DNA from: Candidatus Magasanikiibacteriota bacterium
GTDB taxonomy: Bacteria; Patescibacteriota; Patescibacteriia; Magasanikbacterales; GWA2-37-8
DNA: 64,000 nucleotides
NCBI GenBank assembly: GCA_026396515.1
Contig: JAPLWQ010000005.1
Span: 8,011 to 72,010, forward strand
Reading direction: 5' to 3'
Shown here: piece after piece, positions 1 through 10,687 of the stretch
Layout of the letters: every line of letters begins with the position of its first letter
Position numbering within the stretch: position 1 is the stretch's first letter
Program-made: the position numbers and the translations under genes
Notes under the pieces: model-generated
Seen by the model: only the letters and a program-made list of their open reading frames with translations
Told to the model about the DNA's origin: nothing
The model's database searches: none

Positions 1-16
1 TGGCCCGATTAAAGTC

Positions 17-3000
17 GTGCGCGCGGACGCGCCGACCGATGGTTCAGATGATACCATCAGAAAATATACTGATGTCACCGATACTGACGGCTGGGGTATT
101 GACGAAGACTACACTGTCACCAATGTTTTAAAACCCGGTCTTTGCGCGCTTATACCAAATTATGGCGCTCCGTATGTCACTACCACATTGATCGGTGAAA
201 ATTTTGGCGCCACCAACAATTCGGCGCAGGACAAAGTAATGTTCAGTTCTTCCACCGCGCTAATTCGCAGTTGGGCAAGCCGTTCTGTTGGGGCACGCGT
301 ACCGGCGCTTGGCACTGGGCCGGTGGCAGTAAAAATATATAATGAAGGAGAAGGCAGTAACGCCGTTCGTTTTGATGTGCGCGAATCGCTGGATAAGGAC
401 GCGCCGGTGATTGAAAGCATTAACCCGGAAAAAGGCGCCAAGGGCGAATACATTACCATCATCGGCAAAAATTTTGGAAATAATTTAGGAAAAGTTTTAT
501 TTAAACTTGATGGCGGTGGAGAAGCAAAATATGGCAGTTTCAGTTTTCCGGCTGATTGCGAGGGCTCAACCTGGTCAAATAATCAGATAATCGTAAAATT
601 TCCCGAAGATGATGCGATCGCGGTTAATCATAAATATACCGTTCAGATTCAACGTTCCAGTGATGCGAAAATTGGTCCGATCGGCGCGGAGTTTGCCCTG
701 CAAACCGGCGATCCGGCTCCGGGCATTTGTAAATTAGATCCCAGCTCCGGTCCGGTTCCATTTAATCCGAGCAGTTCAATGAAAATTTATGGTGAGTATT
801 ATCAGCGCGGCGGTGCGTCTTCAACCCCGTATTTCTGGCAACTGGAAGCCTCAACCACCACAATAGAAAATCGCGCTCAAACTACCGACATTGTTCAGGA
901 GACCGATCAACAGGCCGAATTTAGACCGCCAAATGGTTCGCAAACCGGCCCAGTGGTGATGTACCGCGACAAAATGGGAAATAGTTTGCCATTCACTGTT
1001 TATAATTGTTTGGAGAATAACAAAACCTGCTATACGGCGGGCACACATTGTTGCCCGAGTGGCGCCACCGATGCCGGAGCGTGCAAAGAATTATGCGCCG
1101 GAGAAACCAGAGCCACCGGTTATATGTGGCGCTTTAGTACCGGGCCATTTCCTCCGGTACCGAAGGTTTTAGAGCGCTGCGATGCGGGGACCGATGCCGG
1201 AGCCAATTTGCCGTCTCCTTCGCCGGATATTCGTTGGACCGGGCTCGGCAACTTTGACCATTTTAACGCCTGTCGGACCGCCCTCGTGAATATTGAGTTT
1301 ACCATGAAGATGGATCCGCTCACGGTCAATGCAAGTAATATTCAAATATATAAATGCGTCAGCTCGAGTGTTACCACCACCTTTGCCAATGACAATAATA
1401 TTTGCACGCACGAAGGCGACTCTCTTCTTTTAGCCGATGGCAGTTATGACCTTGAGTCGGCGTCCGGTGGTGAGTTCAGTGACACCAGTTTCATGCAGCT
1501 TTTTCCTTCCGCTTTGAAATGGGCGGACAATACTTGGTATCAGGTTGTTTTGAAAAAAGGAATCAAATCATTGGCGAGCCAATATGAATACAAAGGTGAA
1601 ATAAAAACACTGCCATCGCAAAATCTTGTCACCAATAATCCGTGCGGTACTGATACGGCTTATTGTTTTCTTTTTAAAACTAATGCCCGCGACTGTAAAT
1701 TAAACAAGGTGGTTGTTACGCCGTATTCATACTGGACTTCCATTTTGGAGTCGCCGGTTAAATATAGAACCATAAAAAGCAATGCCGATGACTTGGGGTC
1801 GGATTTATATTACAAAGGAAACGGTTTGAGCGATCAGCATTGTATCATGATGGATATGCGCAGTTTCAATTGGAGTTGGGATACGGAACTGCATCCTTAT
1901 TCCACAATCTACGGCACAACCACTTTGCAGAAAGCGCAAGTAACCGCTTTAGCCAATACAGTAGCGGTTGGGCTGACCACTCCGGACAACGCAGTGGCGA
2001 TTCAAGCACGCGCGTATAGAGATGGGAGCAGTGCGCCGACGCCACCCCCGGCAGAAGAGAGTGGAGTTGTTGACGTAACGGAAGGCCTGGTTGCTTGGTG
2101 GAATTTTGATGGGGATGTTGATAGCAATGCGGATGGAAAAAGGGAAACAATAATTGACAGCATTGGTGGCCATAATGGAAATGCGTCTGCGAGCGGTGTG
2201 GAGGACATTGAAGATGGAAAAATTGGGAGAGCATTGAAATTGGATGGAATTAGCGGAAAAATTAACTTGGGCTCTCCGGAAGGTTACCCCAGCGGAACCA
2301 GCCCACGCACTATGTGTGGTTGGGGGAGACCGGAAAGTATAATCGATGGTTATGGCTGGCGCTGGATAATGGCATATGGTAACGGCGCACAAGGGGAAGC
2401 CATGTTTATTGGAATGGATGGCGCCATATTAGACGGTGGCGCTTATGGAGCCGACTATGATCTTACTGTAAATAATTTTTGGACAGCTGGTGTTTGGCAC
2501 CACGTTTGTTTGGTGTATGATGGTGCAAAAGCGATACTATATGGAGACGGGTCAAATAGAAAGGAGATGACTGTAGCTTGGAATCTGCAACCGGTCGCAT
2601 CATTTATAGGCGCACAAGCATCAGGCATCGAATTTTGGAAGGGTGCAGTAGATGATATTAGAATTTATAATCGCGCTTTATCTGCTGAAGAAGTATCGAG
2701 GGTGTATCAGTTTGGTAATTCCGGCGGGAGCGGTGGTTCGGAACCGGAAGGTGGCGGAACTATCACACCTGAAGACAAAACCGGCCAAAGCCCTCTCACT
2801 ATTGATTTATCGCATCCGAAAGTGGTTGATTATTGGCCGAAATGTCTGGAAGCGTGCACCAACGCGGAAATTGGCGCCAAGTTTAATGTGATAATGGCAA
2901 ATGCACATATTAATGAAGGAGTGGTTAAGTTAGCAAGGTGCCTGGACGAAAACTGTACAAGTCTTGAGTATATTACATCAGATTTGAGCAGAGAACTTGA

Positions 3001-6000
3001 TCCGTCTGACCGCCGCTATTTAAAGATGAGTTTTGGCATAGCGGGGGGTGAGCTTGCAACAGATACGGTGTATCAAGTCACTTTGTCGACGACAGGCAGC
3101 AGTACGGCGATGTCAGATATTCAACTCTGGTCCGGTGCCAGCTCAACCAACGAATATGTAAAGGCAAAGCCAATGCAGGAGGCTTTTACTTGGCGTTTTA
3201 GAACAAAAAAAGAAAAATGCGTTCTTGATACGGTAAATATTATCCCGACTCTTTTCCAATCGGTGTTCATCCACGACCGCCATGTTTATTCCGCGGAAGC
3301 GCGGTCGGCGCCCGATGCCTGCGATCCAAAAGGTCAGCGGCTGGATACGTGGTCAATTGATTGGCGCTGGCAATCAAGCTCAACCAGCACTGCCGTGGTA
3401 CAAGAATTTAAAACAAAAGGACGCAGTCCGCTCTGTAATGACAATTGCACCAGGAAAGGAAGCGATGTAACTTCCGATGCCTTGATGTTTGAACCGCTCT
3501 GTGGAAATAATATTATTGAAGCGGGTGAAGACTGCGACCCGCCGTTTATCAGTGTTACCGGAGCTGTGACCACTACTGTGTGTACCTTAAATTGTTTACG
3601 ATTGGGAAATACTAATACTACCAATACAATTCAGACCTCCGATATTGGTTTATGCGGTGATGGATTTGTTAACACTTTAACGCGCAGTGAAGAGTGCGAT
3701 CCGAATAATACGGCGACAAAAGCCGGGTGTTCAAAAAATTGTCTGCATATTGGTTCAATTCCGACTACCGGTGCGGAAGACGTAGCCGCCTCAATTTGCG
3801 GCAACGGAAAGATTGGTATAGGTGAAGAGTGCGATTTGGGCGTGGAGGTGGATTATACAAAAACAAGCTCATCTTTGAAATGCTCACCGACCTGTTTGCA
3901 TTTGGGCACGAGCTTATCGGCCGGGTGGTGCGCGGGAAATACTTCCACGCTGTTTAATGCGGTTGAATACAAGGCCGCCTGCGCTAAATCAAAAAGCCAG
4001 TGCGGAGATGGAATCAGAAGTCCGTCGGAAGATGCCGGTTGTGATTGTGGATTTGCCACCCAAACTCCTCATGGGACTGCACCGTTTGACCACATGTGTT
4101 ATTGCGGTGATTATCTCCATGAAATTTCCGCTGACGCGCTGAATCACTGTCCTAGAGTGAATCCGGCCTGTTCCTCAAATTGTCTCGGCAATTCGCGCTT
4201 GTTGTCTGAATGCGACCCGCGTACCACAACCACTATAGGAGGAATAGATATTGTCACGGCGAGAGAAGGCTGCGGTGAAAATAATCAGTATCTGGGATCG
4301 TCGCTTATGTATTCAGAGCCGTCTCTTTGCGGTGATACTATTGTTGGAATAGGGGAGGAAGCAGACTGCGAGGCGGGCTTTCTATTTACCCATCCTTTCT
4401 TTGATCCGTGGACTTTGGCGACCGGTGTCGGGCTCGGCGCAGTTGCCACAAATTCAAGCGGTATCCCGTCACAAATAGCCGACATTCAAGGCACCGGTTC
4501 CTCAACGGTTAATAATAAAACATACAGAAAATCAGATATCGGGAAATTTGAAATTATCTGCGGATTTAGCCAGGATGTTGAATGTAAAGATTTGCTCGGG
4601 GATGACTATGGTTTAGCCAGCAATTCCTGTTGCATGCCGCGTCCGTGGCTTATCAGCACTTACCCTATCAAAAATGACGCCCATCCGCCGTCTGACATTT
4701 GTCCGAATACATATATTGAAGCCAAATTTAATCACCTGATAGATGAAGCGTCTTTGGCCAATCATATATATGTGGCCCGTGGATATGATACCACCACTTC
4801 TTGTCCGGCCGGTTCTACCAACGTGTCGCCGTTAGTATTAGACGTTAAGACGTTGGGGCTCGATAGCGGGCCGTGGTATAAGCGCTTGTGGCATGGCATC
4901 GTCAATTGGTTTGCCCGAATTTTTGGCGACGAAACCAAAGCCGCGCCGTTTGTGATAAATTCCACAGTATATTGTTCGGAAGATGGTTTGCTTGCTCCGG
5001 CAAAAGTGTTTGTGGAAGGTCAAATGATCGGCGTGGGCACCACTTCCACCGTTATGATCCGTTTGCAGAGGCCATTAGCGACCAGCAGTGATTATGTGGT
5101 TATTCTCGGCCATGGTGTCAGAGATATACAGGGGGTTAGCATAGCCACTTCAACCTTGCAGTGGAAATTTATCACCGGCGATAAAATTTGTGAGTTGAAT
5201 AAAGTGGCGATTACTCCTGATAATTACATGTATAATAGGGCCGGTACTTCAAATAATTTTATTGCCAGTTCAACCGCGGTAAATGGACAAGTAATTCAGC
5301 CGGTAGACGGCTACAGGTGGGAATATGAATGGAGCCCGATGCAAAGCGAGTACGTTTCTTTAACCAACACCACCGACACGATCAATTTGGTGACCGCAAA
5401 AAACAGAAATGGCGAACTCGATTTATTGGCTACCACCAAATTTACCGAAAATTTATTTTTCCCCGACTCGCCGTCTCTAAGCGGCAAATCGCGCATTACG
5501 GTTTTCATCTGCGAAAACCCGTGGCCGTCTTCTTCCACGGTTCAGTTTCCATTTAAAGATATTCAATACGATTTTTCTTCTTATTATTGCATGGATAAAG
5601 GCAGTCCGGGTTTTGCCGATGATATGCCATTCGTAACTTCTTCGCGTGTTTGGATCCAAGAAGCGAACCCGTTCAAAAAACGATATTTGTTTACCAATTC
5701 TGATAATAAGGATGCCATTGGCATGCAAGTGTTTTACAACACAAGACACCTGTCAGTTAATGATTGGTATTTGGCACAGGGCTTCAGCGGTAATATGAAT
5801 TCGCTGAAGATTGACGGTTATGACGCGATTAGTGATAACAATAATTATTATATTGATGCTTTGGATTATTCTCAACCAGAGGAAGGTCTTTATTCCAACA
5901 TTTATCAATTTAGCATAAATAATGATGCTACGGCGGACGGCAAAGAAATATTCAAGCAGATGATGGAAAATTTGAAGTTTAACATGGGGTTGAAGAATGA

Positions 6001-9000
6001 CAAATATTGCGCCGCCGGGTACGGCTTGCTGGATACGGTCAATTTCAATTTGACCTGTGAAAATGATTTGGATTGTCTGGCGAAAATGGAAGCGCTTAAA
6101 AAAGTTGAACCGGGGGCAGCGGACACTTATAGCTGTTTAAATCAAAAAGACAAACTGCAAAGAAACTACCAGCGTCTTAAGGACTTACGCCAGACGATTG
6201 GCATATTAAATTATGGCAGAGGCATGATTGCGTATTGGCCGTTGGATAGTATCTCAAACAGTTCCACTCCGGATACGACCGGCAGAGGGTTTGTCGGAGC
6301 AGCCATGAATGGCGTTGGCGGCAGCATCCAGACAACATACGGCTCGGAAAGCGGGGCGATTCAAATAAAATCGCCGGCATATGTTGAAATTGGAAAACCG
6401 ACCGACATTGGCGACCGATCATTCACTATCGCGCATTGGATAAAAACAACCTCTTCGCAGTACCAGGCATATACTGTTTCCAATTGTAATCTCGGTGACG
6501 GATATCGTATGGGAATTTCACAGGGTAAAATGGTTGCTTTGATTGGCAATGCGACAGATTATAAATTGGCTTTTAATTGTTCTTCTAGCACGGTTAACGA
6601 TGGAAAATGGCATCACATTGCCGCGGTTTTTGATCGGGGCAATTCCATAAAATGTTATGTTGATGGAGTGCTAGACGGAACGGTAAGTTTATCAGGCAGG
6701 AAATTCCTAGGGATGAAAGAGGATACTACCCACAAGACGCGCATTGGAACACCGCAGTGTATTTCAGATAGATGTATGAAATGCACGACGAATGGCTTGC
6801 CATCCGGCCCGCTTATTCCCGGCTGTGACAGTGTTTTCATCGGAGAGTTTGACGATGTTCGTATATATAGCCGGATTTTGCCCGATGCGGAACTTTACGA
6901 TTTAGCGCAGGGAGGCATTCACCAATATAAAGGCAATTATCCGATAGTAAAAGAAAATTCTTATCTAAACGGCCAGGCCCTAAGTGTTTGGGGCAATTCA
7001 TGGACTCAACTTGGGACAGAAGCGGGTGCTACACTGCCGGTCGACCCGATAAATAAATTGGTTCAAAGCGGAACTTGTTTTCAGAAAACGGGCCTTGCCT
7101 ATTTGCCTTGCTATAAAGATTCTGACTGTGCCACGCCGCCGCAACTTGGCAGTAGACAAAGTTATTGGTCGGCTGATTATGAAACAGCAGATGAAGGTAT
7201 TTTGAAAAATAATGCCGCCATTGAGGGTTCTGTTGACTATGACACGGGCAAAGGGCATGGTATGGCCTTTCTGTTTGCCGGTGATGCCTCCGCTGAAGTG
7301 ATGGCGGCGCATAAAGCAGAATATAATAGCACCCAGTTCACATTATCCGCCTGGATATATCCGACCAAAAAGAATACCGCCACTATTATTAAACACGGCG
7401 GTACTGATGCAAATGGTATTAGCCAGGGCGGTTTTGTGCTTGAGTATAGCGGCTTTTGGTCGGGTTTGGTCGGGCCAAGTATTGTTTCCAGGTTTAATAA
7501 TGGAACCGTGCGGTTTGCAGTCTTTACGACTTCAACTTCAGAAAATAAATATTATGCCCTGGATTCCAATGGCACTCCGCTGGCACTAAATCAATGGCAT
7601 CAGGTGGTAGTTACCGTTGATAGAGACAATAAGACAATGGATATGTACATTGACGGGGTTCACCAGACAAATCAGGCAAGGCGCCCCGATGGACAATTGG
7701 CGGATTTCAGCACCGGTTTCCCGATGGAGACGAATATTGCCAATATTGAAATTGGTCAAAGCTTTAACGGCAAAATTGATAATATTGCCTATTATGATTC
7801 TGCATTTGACGCGACCGAGACTCTTGACCTCTATAAAGGGTTGTGCATATTGCATGACCCGACAACCGGCTGGAGCGCTGAAGACCGCCGGTTTAGTTTT
7901 GCCTGTAATACCACCTCCTATGCTTATCGGTATCAATATGTAAGTTCAACCAACTCATTTTTACTGCGCGCGAACATGGAACGCTTTGAAAATATTCCGC
8001 CTGCCATTAGCAGTGCTTTTTATAAAGATTTTTATGGTGACTACGCGAATTTGTCGACTGGCATCTGCATCGGAACCAACGAGATTTCTTCGCCTTACAA
8101 TTTAGTGTGCGGTGATGGAGTGCTCGGCGGATCCGAAGTGTGCGACCCGCCTGGAAAAATTGAAATTGATTCATCTCCTTGCCCGACTGGCCAAGCAAAA
8201 AAGAGAATATGTTCCGCGGGTTGCGCTTCTTGGGGTGCATGGACAGATGTAGGTTGCTATTCTGTCACCGGCGGTTCTTGTGGAGATGGTAAAGTGCAAA
8301 CGCTTGCCGGAGAGAAGTGTGATGACGGCGCTTTGAACGGCCAGAGCGGGCGGTGCGCGCTTGGGTGTCAGGGTGTGGCAAATACGTGTGGTAATGGACT
8401 CCTTGATTACGGGGAATTTTGCGATACGGTAACAGCAACAGGCCAATGCGAATTTATATCTGGCGCTGAATATACTATTGACCCAAAAAGTGAGCCCATA
8501 TTCTACTTTTTGGTAGATTTGACCGGGACGATGAATACCGGATTTCCCGGTGCTCCGCCCCCGGGGAATAGAGTGGCTATGGTAAAGTATTCGTTACCCC
8601 TTATTGCTGAACGTTTTAGCGACCCTGATTCCAAAGCCAAAATAGGAGTCGGATCGTATAATTGCCCTGTCAATTCTTTCCATAATAAAAATTGGCTGTC
8701 AGGCACAAAGGGGTATTTTACTTCTTCTCAGGTGACGACAGCCATCTCGACCATGGATCACCAGAACGGTCAAAATACTGACAGTGTTTTTGATTGGTTT
8801 AGGGATACAATTTATCCGATATTAAATAGTGGAGCGGACGCGGGTAAACCAATTAATCTGGTTTATATTACCGACGGGGGCGCTTCGGGGTCGTGCACGC
8901 CTTACGGCGCTGCATGCCCAACTGCCAAAATTACCGCTTTGGCTGCTGAGCCCTACAAAGTAGTTACGCATATCATCGGAGTCGGCGCTGCGTCGGGATG

Positions 9001-9838
9001 TAATCTCGCAGCCATGGCGGCCGCGGGCGGTGGCCAATATCATCAGATTACTACGGGCGCTGATGCGTTAGCTGATGCAATGGTTGAAATATACAAAAAA
9101 CCCTGCGAACAATACGCACAATATAATGCCTATTCCTGCCGTTGGGATTGTAAGGCATATGGGGAATATTGCGGAGATGGTATTGTACAAACAGAAAGCG
9201 GCGAAGAATGCGAGGCGGATAAAAATTGCACTCTCACGAGCGGCGAGGCAGGAAAACAAAAATGCGATATGTGTAAGCTCGGAGACTGTGAAGCTGTTGT
9301 GGAAGTGACAGTACCCGGCCAATGCGGAAATGACGTGGTAGAAGAAGACGAGGCCTGTGATCGCGGAGATTATAATGGAATAGCCTGCGACCCGCTGTAT
9401 CCGCAGAAAAATTGTACCTATTGTTCGTCAGATTGTCGTAATGTGATAACCGTGGATAACTTATGCGGGAACGGAGTACCGGACTTCACAGCAGGAGAAA
9501 TGTGCGATCCTGAAGGGCCGACAAAAGGTTTTCTGCGCTTACTTTATACTTATATTGATAAATGTTTTCCGTGTAAAAATGATTGTTCCGGGTGGGATGT
9601 TGCCCTGGGTGTAACCAATAGCTCGGGAAGCGGATGCGCAGGTACCACCTATGGTTATTGTGGTGACGGCAATAAAGATACGGTGCTTTTACCGACCGGG
9701 GCTTCTTCAGGTTATGAACAATGCGATGGAGACGATGGTGTTGAAGCTTGTACGAACAGTTGTCCATCTGGTCAAGTACGCGTGTGTTCGGCCGGGTGTA
9801 TGTGTAGTTGTGGATATATGACCGTTGGGCCATTATAG
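17..9838 (+). CDS. Giant surface/extracellular protein (IPT/TIG, Ig-like, 3 LamG-like, Cys-rich CGDG/EECD repeats, vWA-like); probably starts upstream of the window
   Basis: 3273-aa ORF with IPT-like segments (PVIESINPEKG..ITIIGKNFG), LamG motifs (LVAWWNFD..WHHV..DDIRIYNRAL), many CGxGxxxxGEECD repeats and a vWA-like segment (FLVDLTGTM..YITDG). No signal peptide at the called start. Confidence 0.8.
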   Translation: MRADAPTDGSDDTIRKYTDVTDTDGWGIDEDYTVTNVLKPGLCALIPNYGAPYVTTTLIGENFGATNNSAQDKVMFSSSTALIRSWASRSVGARVPALGTGPVAVKIYNEGEGSNAVRFDVRESLDKDAPVIESINPEKGAKGEYITIIGKNFGNNLGKVLFKLDGGGEAKYGSFSFPADCEGSTWSNNQIIVKFPEDDAIAVNHKYTVQIQRSSDAKIGPIGAEFALQTGDPAPGICKLDPSSGPVPFNPSSSMKIYGEYYQRGGASSTPYFWQLEASTTTIENRAQTTDIVQETDQQAEFRPPNGSQTGPVVMYRDKMGNSLPFTVYNCLENNKTCYTAGTHCCPSGATDAGACKELCAGETRATGYMWRFSTGPFPPVPKVLERCDAGTDAGANLPSPSPDIRWTGLGNFDHFNACRTALVNIEFTMKMDPLTVNASNIQIYKCVSSSVTTTFANDNNICTHEGDSLLLADGSYDLESASGGEFSDTSFMQLFPSALKWADNTWYQVVLKKGIKSLASQYEYKGEIKTLPSQNLVTNNPCGTDTAYCFLFKTNARDCKLNKVVVTPYSYWTSILESPVKYRTIKSNADDLGSDLYYKGNGLSDQHCIMMDMRSFNWSWDTELHPYSTIYGTTTLQKAQVTALANTVAVGLTTPDNAVAIQARAYRDGSSAPTPPPAEESGVVDVTEGLVAWWNFDGDVDSNADGKRETIIDSIGGHNGNASASGVEDIEDGKIGRALKLDGISGKINLGSPEGYPSGTSPRTMCGWGRPESIIDGYGWRWIMAYGNGAQGEAMFIGMDGAILDGGAYGADYDLTVNNFWTAGVWHHVCLVYDGAKAILYGDGSNRKEMTVAWNLQPVASFIGAQASGIEFWKGAVDDIRIYNRALSAEEVSRVYQFGNSGGSGGSEPEGGGTITPEDKTGQSPLTIDLSHPKVVDYWPKCLEACTNAEIGAKFNVIMANAHINEGVVKLARCLDENCTSLEYITSDLSRELDPSDRRYLKMSFGIAGGELATDTVYQVTLSTTGSSTAMSDIQLWSGASSTNEYVKAKPMQEAFTWRFRTKKEKCVLDTVNIIPTLFQSVFIHDRHVYSAEARSAPDACDPKGQRLDTWSIDWRWQSSSTSTAVVQEFKTKGRSPLCNDNCTRKGSDVTSDALMFEPLCGNNIIEAGEDCDPPFISVTGAVTTTVCTLNCLRLGNTNTTNTIQTSDIGLCGDGFVNTLTRSEECDPNNTATKAGCSKNCLHIGSIPTTGAEDVAASICGNGKIGIGEECDLGVEVDYTKTSSSLKCSPTCLHLGTSLSAGWCAGNTSTLFNAVEYKAACAKSKSQCGDGIRSPSEDAGCDCGFATQTPHGTAPFDHMCYCGDYLHEISADALNHCPRVNPACSSNCLGNSRLLSECDPRTTTTIGGIDIVTAREGCGENNQYLGSSLMYSEPSLCGDTIVGIGEEADCEAGFLFTHPFFDPWTLATGVGLGAVATNSSGIPSQIADIQGTGSSTVNNKTYRKSDIGKFEIICGFSQDVECKDLLGDDYGLASNSCCMPRPWLISTYPIKNDAHPPSDICPNTYIEAKFNHLIDEASLANHIYVARGYDTTTSCPAGSTNVSPLVLDVKTLGLDSGPWYKRLWHGIVNWFARIFGDETKAAPFVINSTVYCSEDGLLAPAKVFVEGQMIGVGTTSTVMIRLQRPLATSSDYVVILGHGVRDIQGVSIATSTLQWKFITGDKICELNKVAITPDNYMYNRAGTSNNFIASSTAVNGQVIQPVDGYRWEYEWSPMQSEYVSLTNTTDTINLVTAKNRNGELDLLATTKFTENLFFPDSPSLSGKSRITVFICENPWPSSSTVQFPFKDIQYDFSSYYCMDKGSPGFADDMPFVTSSRVWIQEANPFKKRYLFTNSDNKDAIGMQVFYNTRHLSVNDWYLAQGFSGNMNSLKIDGYDAISDNNNYYIDALDYSQPEEGLYSNIYQFSINNDATADGKEIFKQMMENLKFNMGLKNDKYCAAGYGLLDTVNFNLTCENDLDCLAKMEALKKVEPGAADTYSCLNQKDKLQRNYQRLKDLRQTIGILNYGRGMIAYWPLDSISNSSTPDTTGRGFVGAAMNGVGGSIQTTYGSESGAIQIKSPAYVEIGKPTDIGDRSFTIAHWIKTTSSQYQAYTVSNCNLGDGYRMGISQGKMVALIGNATDYKLAFNCSSSTVNDGKWHHIAAVFDRGNSIKCYVDGVLDGTVSLSGRKFLGMKEDTTHKTRIGTPQCISDRCMKCTTNGLPSGPLIPGCDSVFIGEFDDVRIYSRILPDAELYDLAQGGIHQYKGNYPIVKENSYLNGQALSVWGNSWTQLGTEAGATLPVDPINKLVQSGTCFQKTGLAYLPCYKDSDCATPPQLGSRQSYWSADYETADEGILKNNAAIEGSVDYDTGKGHGMAFLFAGDASAEVMAAHKAEYNSTQFTLSAWIYPTKKNTATIIKHGGTDANGISQGGFVLEYSGFWSGLVGPSIVSRFNNGTVRFAVFTTSTSENKYYALDSNGTPLALNQWHQVVVTVDRDNKTMDMYIDGVHQTNQARRPDGQLADFSTGFPMETNIANIEIGQSFNGKIDNIAYYDSAFDATETLDLYKGLCILHDPTTGWSAEDRRFSFACNTTSYAYRYQYVSSTNSFLLRANMERFENIPPAISSAFYKDFYGDYANLSTGICIGTNEISSPYNLVCGDGVLGGSEVCDPPGKIEIDSSPCPTGQAKKRICSAGCASWGAWTDVGCYSVTGGSCGDGKVQTLAGEKCDDGALNGQSGRCALGCQGVANTCGNGLLDYGEFCDTVTATGQCEFISGAEYTIDPKSEPIFYFLVDLTGTMNTGFPGAPPPGNRVAMVKYSLPLIAERFSDPDSKAKIGVGSYNCPVNSFHNKNWLSGTKGYFTSSQVTTAISTMDHQNGQNTDSVFDWFRDTIYPILNSGADAGKPINLVYITDGGASGSCTPYGAACPTAKITALAAEPYKVVTHIIGVGAASGCNLAAMAAAGGGQYHQITTGADALADAMVEIYKKPCEQYAQYNAYSCRWDCKAYGEYCGDGIVQTESGEECEADKNCTLTSGEAGKQKCDMCKLGDCEAVVEVTVPGQCGNDVVEEDEACDRGDYNGIACDPLYPQKNCTYCSSDCRNVITVDNLCGNGVPDFTAGEMCDPEGPTKGFLRLLYTYIDKCFPCKNDCSGWDVALGVTNSSGSGCAGTTYGYCGDGNKDTVLLPTGASSGYEQCDGDDGVEACTNSCPSGQVRVCSAGCMCSCGYMTVGPL

Positions 9839-9866
9839 AAAATAATAATATAACGTAATTTATAAT

Positions 9867-10685
9867 ATGTTTGACGACATCCCAACCAAAAATTCCACGC
9901 CGCCGCAAAATTTACCAACCGAACCGGTGGATATGTTTGCCGGTGTAGCAGAAGATACTGAAGGCCCATCGGCTCTTGACGCCGGCATACTGCGAAAAAA
10001 ATCTGCGGGCGTGCAAGTGCCGCCGGCTGAAATGGCACAAGGCGGAGAACCCGTAGTTTATTCCGTAAAGGAGCCGGTCTTAGGCAAAGTCATTGGTTTT
10101 TTCATCTTTCTGGTTGTGGCCGCAGTAGTTGGTTATGGCGGTTGGCGGCTATATGCATATTTCACCCAAAAAAGCGCTACCACACCGTCGGTTGATGCCA
10201 ATATTCCCGCTGAAGAACAGCAGCCCATTACAGAAACCGAAGAGCCGTCTGAGGTGCCTTTAGACGCAGAATCAGGTATGACACCCGATACAGGCAACGA
10301 ATCAGCGACTACGAGCAGCGGTACAGCAAACTACCAGATTCAATTTGGCGAGCCGGTGGACACTGATAAAGACGGGTTGGATGATACAAAAGAGGAGGAA
10401 GCAAAAACAGATATGAATAACCCTGATACGGATGCCGATGGTTTGACGGACGGTGATGAAGTGATTATCTGGAAAACCAATCCATTAAATCCGGATACGG
10501 ATGGCGATAGCTACTTGGATGGCGATGAAGTCAGGCACGGATACAATCCGTTGGGCGATGGGAAGTTATTTAACGGACAGAATTCTGTAACCAGCTCTAA
10601 CGGCGGATCAGATGTTACAACTTCAACCGCCACAACAACCGCTTCAACCTCAACTGATGAAAATAATGGCAATGTGGACCTATAA
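9867..10685 (+). CDS. Single-pass membrane protein with thrombospondin type 3-like Ca-binding repeats
   Basis: One TM helix; DTDKDGLDD/DTDADGLTDGDE/NPLNPDTDGD repeats. Confidence 0.7.
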   Translation: MFDDIPTKNSTPPQNLPTEPVDMFAGVAEDTEGPSALDAGILRKKSAGVQVPPAEMAQGGEPVVYSVKEPVLGKVIGFFIFLVVAAVVGYGGWRLYAYFTQKSATTPSVDANIPAEEQQPITETEEPSEVPLDAESGMTPDTGNESATTSSGTANYQIQFGEPVDTDKDGLDDTKEEEAKTDMNNPDTDADGLTDGDEVIIWKTNPLNPDTDGDSYLDGDEVRHGYNPLGDGKLFNGQNSVTSSNGGSDVTTSTATTTASTSTDENNGNVDL

Positions 10686-10687
10686 AT

